From contig CAVKNZ010000002.1 of the NCBI GenBank assembly GCA_963657885.1, positions 3,775-67,774 on the forward strand: a DNA stretch of 64,000 nucleotides. Reading direction: 5' to 3'. The notes below the pieces were generated by a model. It saw only the letters and a list, made by a program, of their open reading frames with translations. It searched no databases and was not told where the DNA came from. Source of the stretch: Bacteroidaceae bacterium. GTDB lineage: Bacteria; Bacillota_I; Bacilli_A; RFN20; CAG-826. Positions 58,324 through 64,000 of this stretch are shown piece after piece (within the stretch, counting starts at the first letter, position 1; the number at the start of each line of letters is the position of its first letter). The position numbers and the translations under genes were made by a program.

Positions 58324-60722
58324 GTTATGATCACAAAGCCATTGAAGAGAAATGGCGAAAAATATATGAAGAGAAAAAACCTTTTTATTGCGATGTCTAC
58401 GATTTTAGTAAACCTAAATATTACGTATTAGACATGTTCCCTTATCCAAGCGGACAAGGACTTCATGTTGGACACCCTGAAGGTTATACCGCGACTGATG
58501 TTGTAGCCCGTATGAAACGCATGCAAGGATTTAATGTCCTTCATCCGATGGGCTGGGATTCTTTTGGTCTACCAGCCGAACAATTTGCGATTAAAAACAA
58601 TCGTCACCCTGATGAATTCACTCAAGCGAATATTAAAAATTTTAAACGTCAAATTAATAACCTTGGCTTTTCCTACGATTGGAGCAAAGAAATTGCCACT
58701 TCTGATCCTTCATTTTATAAATGGACTCAATGGATTTTTACCGAATTATATAAAAGCGATTTAGCTTATGTTAGCAATATCAATGTCAATTATTGCCCTG
58801 AATTAGGCACAGTTTTAGCTAACGAAGAAGTTATCGATGGCAAAAGTGAACGTGGTGGCTTTCCTGTCATTAAGATGCCGATGCGTCAATGGGTGCTTTC
58901 CATTACTAAATACGCGGATAAATTGTTAGATGGTTTATCGCTTCTTGATTGGCCAAAGTCCACTTTAGTCATGCAAGAAAATTGGATTGGCAAAAGTAGC
59001 GGAGCTGAAGTCATTTTTGATATCGTTGGCTTTGATAAAACATTTTCAGTTTTTACAACTCGAGTCGATACTTTGTTTGGCTGCACTTATTGCTGCTTAG
59101 CGCCTGAACATCCTTTAGTTCAAGAAATTGTAACTGACTCACAAAAAGAGGAAGTTAATGCCTACATTGAAAAAGTTAAAAATAAATCCGATATGGAAAG
59201 AACCGAGCTTAATAAAGATAAAAGTGGTGTCTTTACCGGAGCTTATGCGATAAATCCAATTAACAATAAAAAAGTTCCTATCTATATCGCTGATTACGTC
59301 TTATATGGTTATGGTAGCGGAGCCGTTATGGCGGTTCCTGCTCACGATGAACGCGATTATGAATTTGCTAAAAAGCACAATTTAGAAATGATTCAAGTCC
59401 TTGAAGGAGATATTTCTAAAGAAGCGATGGTTACTGATGCAAAACATATCAATAGTTCTTTCGCGGATAACTTAAACATTAAAGATGCAAAACAAGCGAT
59501 TCTCTCTAAATTAATTGAAATTAATAAAGGCAAAGAAAAAGTGAATTATCGTCTTCGAGATTGGGTCTTTTCTCGACAACGATATTGGGGAGAACCAATT
59601 CCAGTCGTTTATATGGATGATGGTTCTAAATATGTTTTAGATAAATCCGAACTTCCTTTAACATTGCCTGAGCTTGATAAATATGCGCCGAGTGGCGATG
59701 GACATTCTCCGCTTAAAAATGCAACTGAATGGCTAAATGTTACCATTAATGGTAAACACGGAGTTCGTGAAACTAACACCATGCCTCAATGGGCGGGATC
59801 TTGTTGGTATTATATTCGCTATCTTGATCCACATAATAACGAATGCTTTGCTGATTCTAAGCTTATTAAGCATTGGTTACCTGTTGATTTATATGTCGGT
59901 GGGGCGGAGCACGCAGTTTTACATCTTCTCTATTCTCGCTTCTGGCATAAATTTTTATACGATAAAGGCTACGTCTTTTCTAAAGAACCTTTCCAAAAAT
60001 TGTTCCATCAAGGAATGATTCTTGGCGAAAATGGGGAAAAGATGAGCAAGTCTAGAGGAAATGTCATTAACCCTGATGATATTGTGAGCAATTACGGAGC
60101 CGATTCGCTTCGTCTATTCGAAATGTTTGCCGGACCTTTAGAAGAATCATTCCCTTGGTCAACAAAAGGCATCATCGGAGCAAGACGATTCATCGAAAGA
60201 GTGTATCGCCTTTACACTGACGAAGAAAATATCGCTAAATTTAGCGATAATAACTCTCACGAATTAGATTTCGCTTACAATGCCAGCGTGAAAAAAATCA
60301 CTAACGACTTTGAATCGTTACAAATTAATACAGCCATCTCACAGATGATGATTTTAGTTAATGCGATGTATAAGGCAGAAAGTCTATATAAGCCATACAT
60401 GGAAGGCTTCATTAAAATGTTTTCTTGTATCTGCCCATTTGTCGGCGAAGAATTGTTCGAAAAATTGACTGGAAAAACACTTCTTGATTATGAAAAATGG
60501 CCTAGCTATAACGAATCTTGCTTAGAATTAGACACTGTTAAGATTGCTGTTTCAGTCAATGGTAAAGCTCGTGGAGTTATCGAAGTTAATAAAGAAATTA
60601 GTGATGAAGAGCTAAAAGAGAAAGCTTTAGAGCTTGACGCGGTCAAGCGCCACACAGAAGGTAAACAAATAAAACGCATCATTGTTGTGAAAGGAAAGAT
60701 TGTTAACATTGTCGCTATATAA
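58320..60722 (+). CDS. leuS: leucine--tRNA ligase
   Basis: HVGHPEGY (HIGH) and KMSKS motifs, 800 aa. ATGA overlap with the glgA stop. Confidence 0.97.
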   Translation: MSYDHKAIEEKWRKIYEEKKPFYCDVYDFSKPKYYVLDMFPYPSGQGLHVGHPEGYTATDVVARMKRMQGFNVLHPMGWDSFGLPAEQFAIKNNRHPDEFTQANIKNFKRQINNLGFSYDWSKEIATSDPSFYKWTQWIFTELYKSDLAYVSNINVNYCPELGTVLANEEVIDGKSERGGFPVIKMPMRQWVLSITKYADKLLDGLSLLDWPKSTLVMQENWIGKSSGAEVIFDIVGFDKTFSVFTTRVDTLFGCTYCCLAPEHPLVQEIVTDSQKEEVNAYIEKVKNKSDMERTELNKDKSGVFTGAYAINPINNKKVPIYIADYVLYGYGSGAVMAVPAHDERDYEFAKKHNLEMIQVLEGDISKEAMVTDAKHINSSFADNLNIKDAKQAILSKLIEINKGKEKVNYRLRDWVFSRQRYWGEPIPVVYMDDGSKYVLDKSELPLTLPELDKYAPSGDGHSPLKNATEWLNVTINGKHGVRETNTMPQWAGSCWYYIRYLDPHNNECFADSKLIKHWLPVDLYVGGAEHAVLHLLYSRFWHKFLYDKGYVFSKEPFQKLFHQGMILGENGEKMSKSRGNVINPDDIVSNYGADSLRLFEMFAGPLEESFPWSTKGIIGARRFIERVYRLYTDEENIAKFSDNNSHELDFAYNASVKKITNDFESLQINTAISQMMILVNAMYKAESLYKPYMEGFIKMFSCICPFVGEELFEKLTGKTLLDYEKWPSYNESCLELDTVKIAVSVNGKARGVIEVNKEISDEELKEKALELDAVKRHTEGKQIKRIIVVKGKIVNIVAI

Positions 60723-60723
60723 T

Positions 60724-61491
60724 ATGGATAACTTAGCTTTGATGGTTGATGTAGGCAATAGCTACATATCTTTTGCCTTTTTTAAAGATGGGAAATTAGA
60801 ATATCGTCTAGATTTAGAATCTTCCATTATGGAAGTTGCTAACATCGAAAGTCCTTTAATTAATTTCAGAGAAAAAAACAGCATTTATTTGCCTTTCATC
60901 AAAGGTGGACTCATTTGTAGCGTTGTTCCCTCTTACAATAAAAGCATCCAAAAAGCGATAAAAAAAGTTTTTAATATAGAGCTTCCGGTGATGGATTATT
61001 CATATTGCTCAGATTTAAAAATGCATGTTGATAATCCTAAAGAAGTGGGAGGCGATCTTCTTAGCGATGTCATTGGAGCAAAAGAGCTATACGGCTATCC
61101 TTGCCTTATTTTTGATTTAGGAACAATTAGCAAAGTTATGGTTGTCGATAAAAATGGCACCTTCATTGGCACATCTTTCTTTCCTGGAGTGAGAGTTTGC
61201 CTGGAATCGATGCGAGAAAAGACTGAACTTCTTCCAGAAGTGCCTTTAGTTAATAAGCCAAAAAAACTATTAGGCAATTCTACTTTAGAAGCTTTAGAAA
61301 GCGGCGTTTATTATGGAACTTATTCGATGGTAAAGGAATATTCTTCCTTGCTTGAAAAAGAAATCGGCTATCCGTTAAAGAAAATATTAACTGGAGGAAA
61401 TGCCTTTATTTTTAAGGATAGTTTAACTGATTTTATTATCGATTCTGATTTAGTGCTTAAAGGCATTAATTTCATTTATAGAAATAATTGA
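60724..61491 (+). CDS. coaX: type III pantothenate kinase
   Basis: LMVDVGNSYISF N-terminus, ASKHA-fold layout. ATG is 1 nt after the leuS stop. Confidence 0.85.
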   Translation: MDNLALMVDVGNSYISFAFFKDGKLEYRLDLESSIMEVANIESPLINFREKNSIYLPFIKGGLICSVVPSYNKSIQKAIKKVFNIELPVMDYSYCSDLKMHVDNPKEVGGDLLSDVIGAKELYGYPCLIFDLGTISKVMVVDKNGTFIGTSFFPGVRVCLESMREKTELLPEVPLVNKPKKLLGNSTLEALESGVYYGTYSMVKEYSSLLEKEIGYPLKKILTGGNAFIFKDSLTDFIIDSDLVLKGINFIYRNN

Positions 61492-61512
61492 TTTAGAAAG
61501 TAGGTAAAAGCG

Positions 61513-62856
61513 ATGAATTATTACAATTTAATGAAGCAATATAAAAGCGATATGGTTGACGCTTTGAAAAGATTTTTAGTGATTCCTTCTGTATATGAAG
61601 AAAGTGTAGATGCAAATAAACCATTTGGAGAAAATGTTGACAAAGCTTTGAAATATATTGGCGAACTTGGTGAACGTTATGGATTTGCTGTTGATTATTG
61701 CGATGGTTATGCGACTGAATTAACTATCGGAGAAGGCAAAAATTTAATTGGCATTTTCGCTCACGCGGACGTCGTTCCGGCGACTGGAAAATGGGACAAC
61801 GATCCATTTATGCCCGTTATTAAAGGAAACAAATTATACGCCCGCGGAAGTAGCGATGATAAAGGACCTCTCATTGCAGCCTTATATGCGACGAAAGCTC
61901 TTCGCGATAATGGAATGCTTAGAAATTATCGAGTAAGAATTGTGGTTGGAGGCGATGAAGAAAGAGGTTCAAAATGCCTTATTCATTATTTTGAAGATTT
62001 AAAAAAGGAAGCTCCTAAATACGGCTTTACTCCTGATAGCGACTTTCCTTTAATTTATGGAGAAAAAGGAATTACTGATTTTTATCCTTCTATAAAAGTA
62101 AATATTCCTCACGTTAAATCTATTAAAGGCGGAGTCGCTTCTAACGCGACATGTGACAAAGTTAAAGTCACAATGGATAAAGATGAAGATTTTATCGCCT
62201 ATTTAAAAGAAAACAAAATCAAATTTAGTATAGAAGATGATGGACTTACTTTTTTAGGAAAAGCGGTGCATGGAAGCACTCCTGAACTTGGGGAAAATGC
62301 GGCCCTTATCGCTTTAAAAGCTTTAGGCACATTTTATAAGCTTCCTGAAATTGAAAATATAGGCACAAAACTTATGGATACAACAGGCAAAAGTTTCAAT
62401 CTATATTCTCATTCTAAAGAACTTAAAGACACAACTTACTGTGTCGGTATGATTGATTATCACGATGGCAAGCTCACTTTCACTGTCAATTTCCGTTATA
62501 ACGAACTTGTCGACGCGAAGGAATACATTAAAAAATTCGATGAATTCTTTAAAACTACTTCTAAGATGAAAGATGGAGAATCTAAAGTTCTTCTTTTCGA
62601 TAAAAAATGTCCTTTAGTTAAAACTTTGATGAAAGCTTATCGAAGTGAAACTAACGATTTAACTAAACCGCTTACCACTGGAGGAGGCACATACGCCAAA
62701 CACGCGCCAAACACTGTTGCCTTCGGCGCTCTTTTCCCACATGCTGTTTCAACTATGCACGAGCCTAATGAATATATCGATTTAGATGACTTCTTTATGT
62801 CAAGCGTCATCTATGCCCATGCAATTAAATTATTAGGAGAGCTCGATGAGGACTAA
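61513..62856 (+). CDS. pepV: M20-family dipeptidase (PepV type)
   Basis: HADVVPA, GRGSSDDKGP and GGDEERGS motifs, 447 aa. Confidence 0.85.
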   Translation: MNYYNLMKQYKSDMVDALKRFLVIPSVYEESVDANKPFGENVDKALKYIGELGERYGFAVDYCDGYATELTIGEGKNLIGIFAHADVVPATGKWDNDPFMPVIKGNKLYARGSSDDKGPLIAALYATKALRDNGMLRNYRVRIVVGGDEERGSKCLIHYFEDLKKEAPKYGFTPDSDFPLIYGEKGITDFYPSIKVNIPHVKSIKGGVASNATCDKVKVTMDKDEDFIAYLKENKIKFSIEDDGLTFLGKAVHGSTPELGENAALIALKALGTFYKLPEIENIGTKLMDTTGKSFNLYSHSKELKDTTYCVGMIDYHDGKLTFTVNFRYNELVDAKEYIKKFDEFFKTTSKMKDGESKVLLFDKKCPLVKTLMKAYRSETNDLTKPLTTGGGTYAKHAPNTVAFGALFPHAVSTMHEPNEYIDLDDFFMSSVIYAHAIKLLGELDED

Positions 62857-63460
62857 ATTTAAACAATGGGCTGTTGATTATCTAAAAGATCATCACGATA
62901 TTGTTATCGATAAAATCGATACTGATTTATCTTTTTATAAAAAGCCTCTCTACGCTGAAATAGGTTCAGGAAAAGGCGATTTTATTCTCAATTTTTCTCA
63001 GCTTCATCCGGAATATTCTTTTCTTGCGGTGGAACGAGTAGAGACGGTCGCCGGCATGATGGCTAAAAAACTTAAGGAAGCGGAAATTGATAATGTATTA
63101 ATCTTTCCTTATGATGGAAAAGTTTTGTTTTCTCAGTTAAAAGATGAAAGTCTTGATGGCATCTTTTTAAATTTTGTCGACCCTTGGCCAAAGAAAAAAC
63201 ATGCGAAAAGGCGTCTTACTTACATTGATTGTTTAAATGAATATTATCGATTGCTTAAAAAGGATGGTCATCTCTATTTTAAAAGCGACAATAAAGGATT
63301 ATTTCTTTTTACTTTAGAAGAACTTAAAAAGAGTAAATTTATCATTGAAAGTGTCGATGATAATTATGATTTTGATCAATATAATGATGCGATGAGCGAA
63401 TATGAAAAGAAATTTAGAAATCTATCAATGCCCATTTATCGCATCGTGATAAAAAAGTGA
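62846..63460 (+). CDS. trmB: tRNA (guanine46-N7)-methyltransferase
   Basis: EIGSGKGDF SAM motif and FVDPWPKKKHAKRR. Confidence 0.9.
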   Translation: MRTKFKQWAVDYLKDHHDIVIDKIDTDLSFYKKPLYAEIGSGKGDFILNFSQLHPEYSFLAVERVETVAGMMAKKLKEAEIDNVLIFPYDGKVLFSQLKDESLDGIFLNFVDPWPKKKHAKRRLTYIDCLNEYYRLLKKDGHLYFKSDNKGLFLFTLEELKKSKFIIESVDDNYDFDQYNDAMSEYEKKFRNLSMPIYRIVIKK

Positions 63461-63461
63461 T

Positions 63462-63713
63462 ATGTATAAATTATTTTATAATCGTAAAAAAGATGGTGAT
63501 ATTCTTAACATCGTCTTCAATAAGCCTCATTTAGCTAATAGAACTTATCAAAAAGATGATGTATCAGCTACATTTTTTGATGATGATATCCTTTCTATTA
63601 AGATTGCTAATTTTTCTAAAATTGTGAAATTACATGTCGAAGGAGAATTAGTTGATGTGCCATCTTCTTTATTAGAAGTTGGAATTAGAAATAAAAGAAA
63701 AAGAAGCAGGTAA
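63462..63713 (+). CDS. DUF4479-like protein (N-terminal part of YtpR-type proteins)
   Basis: 83 aa. FYNRKKDGDILNIVF resembles the YtpR N-terminal domain. No tRNA-binding domain follows. Confidence 0.5.
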   Translation: MYKLFYNRKKDGDILNIVFNKPHLANRTYQKDDVSATFFDDDILSIKIANFSKIVKLHVEGELVDVPSSLLEVGIRNKRKRSR

Positions 63714-64000
63714 AATAGCTCGTCTCACTAACAAAACATTTCAATTTGATCCACGATTAAAAGATGGCTTTTTCGCGGCCAATTATTTTATTAGAAGTAA
63801 GAAAATAGTCGAAGAACTCTTACCAAATCATATAGTTACGATGCAATGGTTTCAACGAAGTGATGATGCAATGCTCTGCGGAGTTGATGAAGCGATTGCT
63901 TTAATTCATACTTTTGCTAAGCATCCAGAAAGTTTAGATATCGAAGCCTTAAATGATGGCGATTTAATATCAGCGAATGAACCGGTTTTAAAAGTGACTG
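63679..64000 (+). CDS. nicotinate phosphoribosyltransferase-like protein, 5' partial (runs off the window)
   Basis: Hand translation of the open frame gives ...KIARLTNKTFQFDPRLKDGFFAANYFIRSKKIVEELLPNHIVTMQWFQRSDDAMLCGVDEAIALIHTF...LNDGDLISANEPVLKVT, colinear with short-type NaPRTase N-termini. Only a TTG (63679) is available as a start. Not in the supplied ORF track because no stop is reached. Confidence 0.55.
   Translation, partial: MELEIKEKEAGKIARLTNKTFQFDPRLKDGFFAANYFIRSKKIVEELLPNHIVTMQWFQRSDDAMLCGVDEAIALIHTFAKHPESLDIEALNDGDLISANEPVLKVT

Overview
Visibly AT-rich, densely packed chromosomal core region with about 65 CDS, 4 tRNAs, and no rRNA, CRISPR array, IS element, integrase or prophage. 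TGA is used as a stop at many conserved C-termini (yigZ, glgD, rsgA, rpe), so the code is standard (table 11). Gene order repeatedly mirrors Bacillus subtilis: ylbF-rsmD-coaD; priA...rsmB-rlmN-prpC-prkC-rsgA-rpe with divergent rpmB; and spx next to a yjbK-like CYTH gene. Several traits point to a wall-less Mollicutes-lineage organism (Acholeplasma-like, inference only): a lipoprotein-type ATP synthase b subunit, a PrkC-type kinase without TM or PASTA domains, a PPi-type phosphofructokinase, a pair of GT4 glycosyltransferases, and many SD-less starts. Main blocks are a complete F1Fo operon atpIBEFHAGDC (31.1-37.9 kb), glgC-glgD-glgA translationally coupled to leuS-coaX (54.6-61.5 kb), the priA/rlmN/stp/prkC/rsgA/rpe cluster (44.9-53.1 kb), three aaRS genes (trpS, proS, leuS), and RNase J, def, glpK, pfp, ppa and trxA. 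I cannot point to an unambiguous new multi-gene system. The best leads are as follows. (1) Several catalytically degenerate paralogs occur: a TM-anchored GGDEF-like/EAL-like protein, an RsmB-like protein lacking the SAM motif and both catalytic Cys, and an EIIB-like domain lacking its Cys. (2) A 1152-aa orphan lipoprotein sits in an unusually gene-poor 5 kb stretch, beside an exported thioredoxin-fold protein and a tRNA-Ser. (3) An orphan glpK is translationally coupled to an unknown 360-aa helical protein. (4) A recurrent start architecture places a -10 box 6-9 nt upstream of the ATG with no SD, including a 22/24-nt block shared by glpK and gmk. All function calls come from by-eye motif recognition on the supplied translations, and no database search was run.
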